Positions 29,973 through 38,682 of a stretch of 64,000 bases of DNA are shown piece after piece. The stretch comes from a virus, in IMG/VR virus record IMGVR_UViG_3300042945_003044, one strand, 5' to 3'. Under the pieces are notes generated by a model. It saw only the letters and a list, made by a program, of their open reading frames with translations, ran no database searches and was not told the DNA's origin. The stretch's first letter is position 1, and each line of letters starts with the position of its first letter. Position numbers and translations under genes: made by a program.

Positions 29973-30120
29973 AAATTGATCTTTCTGTTTTGATATATAT
30001 ATTAGCTAATAACCCTAGTATTACCACTGACTTAAAAGATTGCTCAATCATAATAGAGTCACCAGAATAGGCGTTATAAAAAAATACTAGGAGAGAAATA
30101 TAAAAACAAGGTAAGATCAT
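29962..30120 (-). CDS. Small membrane protein (52 aa; not in the ORF track)
   Basis: MILPCFYISLLVFFYNAYSG...; ATGA overlap with the upstream stop, overlaps the nrdB start, two hydrophobic segments. Confidence 0.5.
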   Translation of the reverse strand: MILPCFYISLLVFFYNAYSGDSIMIEQSFKSVVILGLLANIYIKTERSIYDF

Positions 30121-30593
30121 AATACACCGGGTATTTGTCTCAGCCAGTTCAAATCTGGATCAATATAAAAAATTTTCATACCACTCATTGCTATAAAAGT
30201 GTCAAATCTTTTTCGCGCATCTTCATCAAATAAATGGGTTCCGTGACTATTTATCATATATACAGTTTCAATGCCTTCTTGCCACAATGAGATGATACAG
30301 TTGTTGCAGCATTGCCCCGTCACGTAGGCTATTCCCTTATCTGGCCTAACAACACAATTGGCCAAAGCATTGATTTCCGAATGGACCATCCATGAATATT
30401 TCTCTGGTCTAGTTGTTGGTAGCTTTTCGTCGTCCAAACCTCTAGGAAACCCATTATAACCCACACCTAAAATCCTATGATTGTTGTCCGTAATTACGCA
30501 TCCGTGTTGGGTGTGTGGGTCGTGACTACGTTGCGAAACAACCTTAGCCATTCCTAAAAAATAGTCCGTCCATGTGGGTCGTTGATGCTTCAT
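30117..30593 (-). CDS. dCMP deaminase
   Basis: RSHD...GCVI, GYNG, HSEINAL, CCNNC. Confidence 0.92.
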   Translation of the reverse strand: MKHQRPTWTDYFLGMAKVVSQRSHDPHTQHGCVITDNNHRILGVGYNGFPRGLDDEKLPTTRPEKYSWMVHSEINALANCVVRPDKGIAYVTGQCCNNCIISLWQEGIETVYMINSHGTHLFDEDARKRFDTFIAMSGMKIFYIDPDLNWLRQIPGVL

Positions 30594-30601
30594 GATCCAC
30601 T

Positions 30602-30629
30602 ATTATACCATGAGCATCTCAAGAGGCAA
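30602..30629 (-). promoter_or_regulatory. Sigma70-like promoter with extended -10
   Basis: TTGCCT-16 nt-TATAAT with TG upstream, about 9 nt before the ATG (possibly a leaderless mRNA). Confidence 0.55.
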
Positions 30630-30636
30630 GCCGGTT

Positions 30637-30894
30637 TTATTTGCTTTGAATCAGCTTATTGTATACGACCAAACTAACCACAGATCCAGCCACGCCCATA
30701 AAAATTCCAGCAGGGCTTAAAGTATCATACTTGCCTAGTAAATACAGTATAGCTCCACCAGTATATGATCCTGCTACTCCGAGAGCGACAGTTTTGGTAA
30801 AGTTAAAATTTTCGTCTCCAGGGACTAGGCTTTTGGCTATTGATCCTACAAACAATCCATAAACACACCATACTAATATATTAAACATTTGCAT
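30637..30894 (-). CDS. GlsB/YeaQ/YmgE (transglycosylase-associated) membrane protein
   Basis: GLFVGSIAKSLVPG...LGVAGSYTGG; three TM segments. Confidence 0.8.
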   Translation of the reverse strand: MQMFNILVWCVYGLFVGSIAKSLVPGDENFNFTKTVALGVAGSYTGGAILYLLGKYDTLSPAGIFMGVAGSVVSLVVYNKLIQSK

Positions 30895-31279
30895 TCTCCA
30901 CTAAGGTTTTAATATCTTCATCCGTGAGAACAGCTCCTGTATCTAATAAAGAATTAACGATAGATAAAGAATACTTTGCGTAATCATCTGGCTTCATTTC
31001 TTTTCGCAAAACCTTCTTAATTCTCATTTTGGTAAACCAGCCCCTGCGTAAACTATATTCTTTAATTTGTTCGCCGTACAGCTGATATTTGTCTGCTGCT
31101 GAACATTCTTTGCTTAGTTTGTTTTTATTGCATTCTTGTAATATTCTAATAACGGTTAGTGTTATACTAATTATCATTAAAATAGTTAATGGATCAAAAC
31201 TATGATTATCTGTTTTGGGCAAATTGGTGTTATTTAATATTTTTATAGCAATATTTTTAAGTTTAACTTTACTATCCAT
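30881..31279 (-). CDS. Hypothetical membrane protein
   Basis: DPLTILMIISITLTVIRILQEC TM segment. Confidence 0.6.
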   Translation of the reverse strand: MDSKVKLKNIAIKILNNTNLPKTDNHSFDPLTILMIISITLTVIRILQECNKNKLSKECSAADKYQLYGEQIKEYSLRRGWFTKMRIKKVLRKEMKPDDYAKYSLSIVNSLLDTGAVLTDEDIKTLVENANV

Positions 31280-31281
31280 AA

Positions 31282-31596
31282 TTATTTACTCTTTGGTTTA
31301 TTGATAGGACATATACCATTTGGGCAATTAGAGGCAGTTGGAGCTTGGGCCATCTGGCCTTTTTCTGATTCACAATAGCCACAATCTACTCTTTTAATAC
31401 CGTCACCACTTATATACCATCCTTTACCCTTGCAAACCGGACAATCTTTTCTTTTATATTTTTTTTGAGACTCATCCGCATGTTTACTTTTAATAATGCC
31501 CCCTGCGAGTACAACAGGGGCGGTTGTAGACCCGTAATAGCTTGTAGAAGAAAAGAATATGCCAGCCAATAAAATTGAACAAATTAGTTTATTCAT
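31282..31596 (-). CDS. Secreted protein with DnaJ-type zinc-finger repeat and CPNGICP tail
   Basis: Signal-like N-terminus; CPVCKGKG...CGYC; CPNGICP. Confidence 0.65.
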   Translation of the reverse strand: MNKLICSILLAGIFFSSTSYYGSTTAPVVLAGGIIKSKHADESQKKYKRKDCPVCKGKGWYISGDGIKRVDCGYCESEKGQMAQAPTASNCPNGICPINKPKSK

Positions 31597-31801
31597 CTTT
31601 TTTTCTCCAAGGTAACGGAACTATATTATCTATAGTGTCAACTACTTTTTTAAGAGGTTTAGGACGATGAGGCTTATTTACAGGAAGATTATCAATTTTA
31701 GGTTTTGGAGATAGCTTGATTATTAAATTAACCAAACGCTCAAGAACACTAATGATTAGATTAACTAAACCGCGTATTTGTAAACGCTCTCTAAGATTCA
31801 T
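31589..31801 (-). CDS. Small basic hypothetical protein
   Basis: AGGAG SD; amphipathic N-terminus. Confidence 0.55.
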   Translation of the reverse strand: MNLRERLQIRGLVNLIISVLERLVNLIIKLSPKPKIDNLPVNKPHRPKPLKKVVDTIDNIVPLPWRKKDE

Positions 31802-31830
31802 AAAAATACTCCTAATGGGTATAATATTAT

Positions 31831-31837
31831 ATACACC
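31831..31837 (-). promoter_or_regulatory. GGTGTAT motif (putative phage promoter)
   Basis: Intergenic, 30 nt upstream of the start at 31801. Confidence 0.5.
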
Positions 31838-31855
31838 ATTAACATAATTTAAGAA

Positions 31856-32782
31856 TTATAGATAAGAGTCAAATCCGTAATCTGGTAGTTTTTGCACAGG
31901 AAAGCCGTCGAAGTTGCTAAAAGCGTAAGCCCCGTTTTGAGATAACATACCCTTGGCAACATCTGCTTTGATTAAAAAAGACCCTTCTGGAATAGGACCC
32001 CAATCAGGATGTCCTCCATCGTTCCATTTACCCCAGCTGTTTTGAATTAAAAACACCGGCTCACTACCAGTATCATCACAAGCTATCCATGCCATAGCAT
32101 GAGCCCAGCTACCGCTTACTTTCGCGAATCCCTTCTTGTCTCTGGTGCCACTAAAGCCATAACTGGAGCATACGCTAATACCATAACCATTGGTTAATGC
32201 GTCTCTAGCTTCTTCTACGGTTCTAACGAGAGATACTGTTTTAATTTGATGGTCATTAGCAAGATCTAGTACAGGATCGGGTAGGCCTCTACCTCCCCAA
32301 TTGGCTCCTAACATACCTTGGTACTTAGATAGGTCTACAACCCCTTTATAGTTTTGACGGACTAATATGCCTCCGTATTTACTCACAAATTCTGCAGCTC
32401 TAGCGCAGCTCATTCCTTGGCCACCGTGTCCTCTGGCTCCATAAATACCTTCTGTAGCACCTCTAGCTATCCAGCTCTCTCTGTCTGAATGAACGTCTAT
32501 TTCTACCGCTCTGCTAACATCACAAGCGTTTCGTGTTGCATGTGATACGCAATCTCCTGTAACTTGTCTTTCGTTATAAGGGTTTTTATCAAACTTTAAC
32601 ACGCTTTTATAAGGTGTTGACAATTGTCCTTTACCAGAGTTTTTAATTTTTTTACTAGCATCTCCAAACAATGGATATTTGGAGTTTTCCATCAGGTGAT
32701 CAAAAATATGAGGCTCCCAAAGGCAACCGCTGTAGCCTTGTCTATAATTATCATATAGTTCTTTAGGAGTAAAGCGTGGCAT
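31856..32782 (-). CDS. Papain-like (C1 family) cysteine peptidase
   Basis: Q..GDCVSHA (catalytic Cys), WAHAM (His), IQNSWG (Asn). Confidence 0.85.
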   Translation of the reverse strand: MPRFTPKELYDNYRQGYSGCLWEPHIFDHLMENSKYPLFGDASKKIKNSGKGQLSTPYKSVLKFDKNPYNERQVTGDCVSHATRNACDVSRAVEIDVHSDRESWIARGATEGIYGARGHGGQGMSCARAAEFVSKYGGILVRQNYKGVVDLSKYQGMLGANWGGRGLPDPVLDLANDHQIKTVSLVRTVEEARDALTNGYGISVCSSYGFSGTRDKKGFAKVSGSWAHAMAWIACDDTGSEPVFLIQNSWGKWNDGGHPDWGPIPEGSFLIKADVAKGMLSQNGAYAFSNFDGFPVQKLPDYGFDSYL

Positions 32783-33273
32783 TATTTACTTCCCTCATTA
32801 TATGCCCAAGCCAAAGCATTAAAACCTTCGACAGCCTTGGGTCTTAATTCTTTAGACAAAGCTATATTATCATCGCCAATAGCTGCTATAACAACATCTT
32901 GACTTTCTTTGCTGAGACCCTTATACTTATTTTTCATATCTAGTCTTAGCATAGGACCAGCAATACTATTAGCTTGACGAATTTCATCGGTATTTTTGAC
33001 CACTTCATTTTCGCCATCTAATTCTACTAAACGCCCCAAATCAAGCATTAAGTCTCGTAATCTCTTAAAATCGTTTTTAGATCCAGAATAAGACTTTACT
33101 AATGCTACAACTTCTTCTGCTTCTTTTTTAACATTAGGATCAACAGGCTCTGACAACTCCATTACGTCTACTGTTTGAGGAACACTTGGAAGTATATTTG
33201 TCAGATTGGCTCTGGTTAGACCTACCAAAATCAATAAGGCTCCCACAACTAATACTAATGTTTTATTATTCAT
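32782..33273 (-). CDS. Membrane-anchored hypothetical protein
   Basis: N-terminal TM followed by a helical soluble domain. Confidence 0.6.
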   Translation of the reverse strand: MNNKTLVLVVGALLILVGLTRANLTNILPSVPQTVDVMELSEPVDPNVKKEAEEVVALVKSYSGSKNDFKRLRDLMLDLGRLVELDGENEVVKNTDEIRQANSIAGPMLRLDMKNKYKGLSKESQDVVIAAIGDDNIALSKELRPKAVEGFNALAWAYNEGSK

Positions 33274-33674
33274 AGTACAATATCCTTTTTGTCGGCGCAT
33301 ACTGTTGGACTAAGATAAGGAAACATTTGATCAGCAACTTTAACAGCTTCCGCACACCCGCTTTGTACAGCCAGATCTCTTGTTTGTTTCCAGCTTACCA
33401 CAAGTCTAAAGAATAAATCTTCAGTATCTTGTGTAGTTGTTGAGTTTACTGCTGGTTTTGATACGACCGGCAATACTGGAACATCAACCACGTTTTTCTT
33501 ACTGCTACCAAGAAGAGTTTTAACTTTTTCCATCAGACTCAAAACTAGAGTTTGTACTGGACTAAGCTTATCTTTGAATAAAACCCATAATACTAATCCA
33601 ACTCCAGCATATAGGGCCAAGTCTGTAGTAGTTAATTTACTAGCAAATTGATCAAAGCTTTCTGTAAAATTCAT
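33270..33674 (-). CDS. Membrane hypothetical protein
   Basis: LALYAGVGLVLWVLF TM; AGGA SD. Confidence 0.6.
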   Translation of the reverse strand: MNFTESFDQFASKLTTTDLALYAGVGLVLWVLFKDKLSPVQTLVLSLMEKVKTLLGSSKKNVVDVPVLPVVSKPAVNSTTTQDTEDLFFRLVVSWKQTRDLAVQSGCAEAVKVADQMFPYLSPTVCADKKDIVL

Positions 33675-33693
33675 TTTATTTTCCTCTTATTTA

Positions 33694-34131
33694 TTATCTA
33701 TCTGAAACTTTGGGCTTAGCGTCCATAAAAGTATTGACTTTTACACTGGGGTCAACAAATACGCCGGTATTTCTAAAAGTAGTTACCATAGCATCAATTG
33801 TTGAACTAACAAGTATCATCAAGAAACTTTTCACGTACTTATGTATAATAGGCTCAACTAGATTAGGAACAAAGGGAATATCTACAATTATGAAAACACT
33901 ATCATAAAACTTACTTAACAATTCCATAGCAATAACTTTTTTATCTTTTCCAGCTAAATCTGTTGCTGTATTTTCTATTACCTGAATAGTACTGGCTACT
34001 GCTAATTGTAGTATTTTCCAGGCCTGAGCTATTGCTACTGTTTTAACTTCGTTAAGAGATAATTTAGCCTGAATTATTAATTTATCAATTTCTGGAGCTA
34101 TTAGATTTTTGATACTAGATGTTTCTGACAT
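33694..34131 (-). CDS. Hypothetical protein, possibly holin-associated
   Basis: G.DKK motif seen in phage holin-like proteins; amphipathic helices. Confidence 0.45.
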   Translation of the reverse strand: MSETSSIKNLIAPEIDKLIIQAKLSLNEVKTVAIAQAWKILQLAVASTIQVIENTATDLAGKDKKVIAMELLSKFYDSVFIIVDIPFVPNLVEPIIHKYVKSFLMILVSSTIDAMVTTFRNTGVFVDPSVKVNTFMDAKPKVSDR

Positions 34132-34153
34132 AGTTTTTCTCCTTTATATAAGA

Positions 34154-34160
34154 ATACACC
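34154..34160 (-). promoter_or_regulatory. GGTGTAT motif (putative phage promoter)
   Basis: Intergenic, directly upstream of the AAGGAG SD and start at 34131. Confidence 0.5.
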
Positions 34161-34168
34161 AAAATGGC

Positions 34169-34489
34169 CTATTGTGCTTTGGGGGTTCTTCTTTTTGTTG
34201 ATCTGGTTTTCTTTTTACGGGCGTTAGCCTTATTGGCTTCTTTTCTTTCGTTCTCGGTGGCTGTGCTCCACCAAGTTTGTTTAAGATTTGTTCTACCATT
34301 GATATATTTAAATAATACTGTTAGCTGTCCGATAATTAGTATCGTAGCTTCTAAACCACGACTGGTTTCTGCTATTAAGTCTTCTTTTTGACTATGGTCG
34401 TCTAATATTCCTATTAGATATAATCCACTAAATAAAAAACTCACTAGAGTAAACCAAAATTCACTAGTTCTATATCCAGGTTTTATCAT
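34169..34489 (-). CDS. Putative holin
   Basis: KPGYRTSEFW N-terminus, two TM segments, highly basic C-tail. Confidence 0.6.
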   Translation of the reverse strand: MIKPGYRTSEFWFTLVSFLFSGLYLIGILDDHSQKEDLIAETSRGLEATILIIGQLTVLFKYINGRTNLKQTWWSTATENERKEANKANARKKKTRSTKRRTPKAQ

Positions 34490-34544
34490 AAGAGAAACCC
34501 TTTAATAAATGTTATATTGTGTTTGAGATAGATTGGCATAGCAT

Positions 34545-35513
34545 TTATACTATTCCAAGGATAGACGAGCCGTTGATGCCTTTGTCGTAGGCGGTAATCA
34601 CATTGCCGGTGATCCCGCGTCGGTTGTAAGACGCGCCGCGAAACGTCGCATCGCCATCGACGGTGCCGCCGTCGTTGACGTACGAACTGTCGTTGAATGT
34701 CGCATTGCCATGAACGCGACCGTAGATACTGTCTGACGGCGTGTAGGCGCCGTTGTACGCAGAATCATTAAACGTCGCATCGCCGTAGACATCGCCGCCG
34801 TTGCGCGAACTGTCGTTGAATGTCGCACCGCCGCTGACGAGGTTAAAATTCTGTGAGCTGTCGTTAAACGTCGCGTTGCCGTTGACGGTGCCTGCGTTGA
34901 TCGAACTGACATTAAACGTCGCGTCTCCGGTGACGCCGCCAAAATTGAGCGAACCGCCATTGAACGTCGCATCGCCGGTGACTGTGCCGCCGTAGGTGTT
35001 CCACGAACTCTCGCTAAACGTCGCATCGCCGCTGACGTGGCCGTAATTGAACGAAACGTCGTTAAACGTCGCATAGCCGGTGACGGTGGCGTAATTATAC
35101 GAAGCGTTGAACGTCGCGTTGCCGTTGACGGTGCCGGAGAATTCGTTGAGCGAACCGCCATTAAACGTCGCATCGCCGTTGACGGTGCCGTGATTGGACG
35201 AAACGTCGTTAAACATCGCATCGCCGGTGATGGTGCCGGTGCTGCCGTTTTCCGTACCCATACTGATCACCGCTTGGCCGGTGACGGTGATTGCGACCAA
35301 GAGAGACACAACCACACCGCCGGGCCGGACGAGCGTCAGGTTCACCACAGTTGGCGCACTGCCGCTGTTGCTCCCCACGCTGGCACTCAAAACGACACTA
35401 TCGCTGCTCGTCGGCAGAGCAGACGCCTGCGTGGTGAACGTATCGTCAGTCCACCAGTTGCCGAGCGTAGCCCAGTTGCCATTGACAGCCGCGTTGAAAT
35501 AGAGCGTTGCCAT
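34545..35513 (-). CDS. Beta-solenoid repeat protein, probable tail fibre/adhesin, on a high-GC island
   Basis: About 12 repeats of G.V.G[DN]ATFN..S.N; GC far above flanks; AGGAG SD. Confidence 0.7.
   Translation of the reverse strand: MATLYFNAAVNGNWATLGNWWTDDTFTTQASALPTSSDSVVLSASVGSNSGSAPTVVNLTLVRPGGVVVSLLVAITVTGQAVISMGTENGSTGTITGDAMFNDVSSNHGTVNGDATFNGGSLNEFSGTVNGNATFNASYNYATVTGYATFNDVSFNYGHVSGDATFSESSWNTYGGTVTGDATFNGGSLNFGGVTGDATFNVSSINAGTVNGNATFNDSSQNFNLVSGGATFNDSSRNGGDVYGDATFNDSAYNGAYTPSDSIYGRVHGNATFNDSSYVNDGGTVDGDATFRGASYNRRGITGNVITAYDKGINGSSILGIV
34620..35240 (-). repeat. Degenerate coding tandem repeat, unit about 48-54 nt
   Basis: Recurrent GTC-NNC-GGC-NNY-GCG-ACG-TTY-AAY core. Confidence 0.85.
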
Positions 35514-35542
35514 TTATTTTCTCCTAAATTTTGTAGTAAGAA

Positions 35543-35854
35543 TTACTTTGTTGGTGGAACCGGTGGTAAAAATAAGCCTTCAAGACTAGCCTTAACATCA
35601 GAGCCAAGTAACTCAAGAACTCTTGCTTCAACTTGGGCCTGAGTATAATCGCCAGCGGCCGTATAAGCATCACCTTGCCAAAGAACTAGTGGCCTTGGAC
35701 AAGGACGAATTTGAGCCACAACACTCTTTCTAGTAGCATTATCAATAATCGTAACATCTAATGATGAGAGAGTAATGGGTTTTTGAACTCTTACTTCACC
35801 ATTAGCTCTGGTAATAGTAGGTGGTTGAATAGTAACGGGATTGGGTAAATTCAT
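35543..35854 (-). CDS. Hypothetical protein, possibly a tail-fibre accessory
   Basis: AAGGAG SD before ATG 35854; lies between two fibre-like genes. Confidence 0.5.
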   Translation of the reverse strand: MNLPNPVTIQPPTITRANGEVRVQKPITLSSLDVTIIDNATRKSVVAQIRPCPRPLVLWQGDAYTAAGDYTQAQVEARVLELLGSDVKASLEGLFLPPVPPTK

Positions 35855-35885
35855 AATTTTCTCCTTTTTAAAATTGATCGTAATG

Positions 35886-36695
35886 TTAGTAACCGGGAAC
35901 AAAAGCAATTACATCCCACTTGTCTCGCCCAGCATGATATGTGGCAGCTAAAATGTCCATCTTATTGGGGCTTGTACTCCAAGGTAGTGGTGATGATGCT
36001 GAACTAGGAATGTTAAATTTGTTGCCCAGAGTGATGGTTCTGCCGCCAGTAGAGTCTTGGGAGATTCTCCAGCGGAGTGTTTTGCCGTTAACGGGATTGG
36101 TGGGATTAGCTAGAGTTGCATTACCAGTTAGGGTTATGTCGAACATGTCTCCATATTTAGCGTCTACATTTATAGTAGAGTTATAAGCCATCTCCACAGT
36201 AACGGGACTTACGCTCATTGGCGAATCAACATAAATCGGGGATGCTGTAACACCATTATCATACGTACTCTTTAGTCTACCGCCCTGCCAATTTAATTCA
36301 TAACCAACAGCACAATTAAGACTAATACCGTTTTGTCCACCAGTATTATTATCAAAAGTACCCTTGGCTAAACTAGTACCATTGTTTAGTAAAATATTAC
36401 CGGGAATTTGTAGATTGCTATCAGTATTAAAACCCCATTGATTACCGCTTGCGCTAATTGTAACACTGCCATTTTCATTCGATGAACTAATAGTAGACCC
36501 ATTAAATACAATATCCCCAGTATTGACTGCGACACCACTACCGCCCCCGTTTCCAAGAAAAGACGATAATGTAGCTAGTGAAACTTTCTTAGTCGCCGCA
36601 GAGCCGCTAGGATCATCCATCATTAGAAAAATATCGTCGGGAGTTAGGTTAACGCCGCTAGCAACAGGAAATTCATTTATTCTTTTAATACTCAT
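35886..36695 (-). CDS. Tail fibre/virion structural protein
   Basis: N-terminal anchor pattern (I.E.P...D......D....TKKVSL); C-terminal TL.NPTN...G......I.QD.TGGRT domain common in fibres. Confidence 0.6.
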   Translation of the reverse strand: MSIKRINEFPVASGVNLTPDDIFLMMDDPSGSAATKKVSLATLSSFLGNGGGSGVAVNTGDIVFNGSTISSSNENGSVTISASGNQWGFNTDSNLQIPGNILLNNGTSLAKGTFDNNTGGQNGISLNCAVGYELNWQGGRLKSTYDNGVTASPIYVDSPMSVSPVTVEMAYNSTINVDAKYGDMFDITLTGNATLANPTNPVNGKTLRWRISQDSTGGRTITLGNKFNIPSSASSPLPWSTSPNKMDILAATYHAGRDKWDVIAFVPGY

Positions 36696-36923
36696 TTAAC
36701 CACCTATTATTGTTTGGCCACCAGCTAATTGTACAAATATGCCGTTGTAGAATCTATTACCAAATTTTTGTTGAACGTTTTCGATAGTTAAATCACCAGG
36801 AAAATTAGGTCTAATAACCCTAGTGGATGATTTGCCTGTTGGCAAAGTGGAACATACTGCAGTCTTATTATTTATGCCTTTAGTATTATCTATTCTTACT
36901 ATGTCTGTGTATGGTCTTGACAT
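36696..36923 (-). CDS. Hypothetical protein
   Basis: 75 aa ORF in a virion-like cluster. Confidence 0.5.
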   Translation of the reverse strand: MSRPYTDIVRIDNTKGINNKTAVCSTLPTGKSSTRVIRPNFPGDLTIENVQQKFGNRFYNGIFVQLAGGQTIIGG

Positions 36924-36952
36924 GTTTAGCCTTTCTATATATAGTATATGTT

Positions 36953-37273
36953 TTAATTTCTTTCTATTCTATCTTCTAGAGCTTCTAGAGTCTTGCCCAG
37001 TGTTGCTATTTGTATTTTAAGCTCATTCATAACTTCTGTGTTGCGCTGTAAGGCCATAGCAAAAGCTGCTTGGCTTTCTTTATTATTGGCTAATCTTTCC
37101 ATAATAAATTGTCTATCATGAGCATACGGACTTTGAGTTTCTATCATATGCGCCACATCCGCTTTGGTCGCCATATTTCTGCCTATCGTCACCCAAAATC
37201 CCAACATAGTTACTATTATGCCTATTGCTGTTGTGGCTAGATTTTCCCAGAAATGAATAATAGTTTCGCTCAT
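36953..37273 (-). CDS. Single-TM coiled-coil protein
   Basis: N-terminal TM plus heptad C-terminus. Confidence 0.6.
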   Translation of the reverse strand: MSETIIHFWENLATTAIGIIVTMLGFWVTIGRNMATKADVAHMIETQSPYAHDRQFIMERLANNKESQAAFAMALQRNTEVMNELKIQIATLGKTLEALEDRIERN

Positions 37274-37331
37274 AATGCGTCCTATTTAATAAAAGAAATA
37301 AAATATAAAAGAAATCAAAAGTATATACACT

Positions 37332-37370
37332 AAAAACAAAGAGCTAACAGCATTTACGCTATTAGCTCTT
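37332..37370 (-). terminator. Rho-independent terminator
   Basis: AAGAGCTAATAGC-GTAAAT-GCTGTTAGCTCTT followed by TGTTTTT, downstream of the stop at 37398. Confidence 0.75.
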
Positions 37371-37397
37371 CGTATTATGAAATTATTAATATTTTAC

Positions 37398-37928
37398 TTA
37401 GCCGTTTTTCTGCTTGTAGTCGGCCATGACCGGAACCTTGGCGCCAGTTCTGTATACTAGCTCACCAGGAACCTGTCTGGTTGGATTAGCTGCTTGGTCC
37501 TTGTAGACACCGCCAGCCACAACCATAGCATCATCAACTGAAACTTGTGGATAACCAGCTTCGAACTTACCGGTATAAACATTATACTTACCGGCTCTAT
37601 AAGCTGTGGAAGTAAGAGTTGTTCTTACGGCTTCCATTCTAGCTATGCTTCTTCTACGAGCAGGATCAGCAGCACCACTAATAAGCGAGGTGTTTGAAAC
37701 AGCAGCTAATGTAGAAGTTACTCTTTTCGCTACTGGTCTTTTATTGTTATACGCAAAAACACCACCAACTAAAGCAGCATCTGTTTCTGTTCCGTCTACA
37801 ACCGTTGAGCCATATACGGTCAAAGAAGAGCCGAGACCAACAGAAGATAGTACTCCATTAGACACATTGATAGACGATCCGCCGTTATTTTTGACAGGTA
37901 AAGAGTTTTTGGACTTTGTTGTTGACAT
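37398..37928 (-). CDS. Probable abundant virion structural protein
   Basis: Ser/Thr/Ala/Gly/Val-rich; own upstream motif, GGAG SD and terminator. Confidence 0.5.
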   Translation of the reverse strand: MSTTKSKNSLPVKNNGGSSINVSNGVLSSVGLGSSLTVYGSTVVDGTETDAALVGGVFAYNNKRPVAKRVTSTLAAVSNTSLISGAADPARRRSIARMEAVRTTLTSTAYRAGKYNVYTGKFEAGYPQVSVDDAMVVAGGVYKDQAANPTRQVPGELVYRTGAKVPVMADYKQKNG

Positions 37929-37975
37929 CTTATTTCTCCGTTTATTTTTATTGATAGCGCTACCTATAAGGGTAA

Positions 37976-37982
37976 ATACACC
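37976..37982 (-). promoter_or_regulatory. GGTGTAT motif (putative phage promoter)
   Basis: Intergenic, about 48 nt upstream of the start at 37928. Confidence 0.5.
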
Positions 37983-38019
37983 CTATGGCCTAAATTACTA
38001 GTATTTTTTTTGATAACTA

Positions 38020-38682
38020 TTATTCTGTATATTTATTTTCATTCAATATACCAATACTATTAAGATAGTGCAGCCTAAGGCCATATAAGCCGGAGTTTCT
38101 AACTAAATTAGCGTGTTTACTACTATATATATTCCCGTTGCATATAGTACGTATACCTGTCTTTGTATGTAAATAGTTACAAGCTATTAAATTATCATTT
38201 ATGTCATCTATCATAAAACCGGACGCAGGAATAATAGTATTTATGCCTAAATCTACAAAAATAGCGCATACTTTAGCTAAAATCTCATGACTAAACACCC
38301 TATATTCTAAAATATACCTAAGATTGATATTATTCTCTTTGCAAATTTCTAAATTAGACCTAATATCTTCTCTAAGTTTATCATATTTTCTATTACTTAA
38401 AATTTTTGTTGGAATAAAAAGATCAATTGTATTTATTTTAGATTTACAAGCTTGCGATACCATAAAATTTCTGGTTTTTGTATCAGATAGACCGTATGGT
38501 AGGTCTAATGGAACAGAAATATTTATTAGTTCTGGATTAGATACAGCGCTTTTAGCAGTATTAACACTGTATGGTAAAACGCCGATATTGGTGACGCCCA
38601 TTTTGTAGGCGACTGCTATATTTTTTTGAGTCTCTATTTCGTTTAACGAATAATCATAGCAGACATATTCTATGTGTGTCAT
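38020..38682 (-). CDS. DeoC (deoxyribose-phosphate aldolase)-like TIM barrel, catalytic lysines missing
   Basis: LDLPYG (GFPLG), IDL, LRYILE (LKVILE), IIPASGF (FVKTSTGF), ICNGNI (KASGGI). Confidence 0.7.
   Translation of the reverse strand: MTHIEYVCYDYSLNEIETQKNIAVAYKMGVTNIGVLPYSVNTAKSAVSNPELINISVPLDLPYGLSDTKTRNFMVSQACKSKINTIDLFIPTKILSNRKYDKLREDIRSNLEICKENNINLRYILEYRVFSHEILAKVCAIFVDLGINTIIPASGFMIDDINDNLIACNYLHTKTGIRTICNGNIYSSKHANLVRNSGLYGLRLHYLNSIGILNENKYTE

Noticed and set aside
34620-35240. Possible CRISPR array
   Set aside because: Repeats are degenerate, in frame and coding, with no identical repeats or unique spacers
34598-35642. Overlapping long ORFs (34598-35221, 35037-35642 and others)
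   Set aside because: Products of the GC-rich repeat gene's stop scarcity; the 34545-35513 frame has the SD and a coherent repeat
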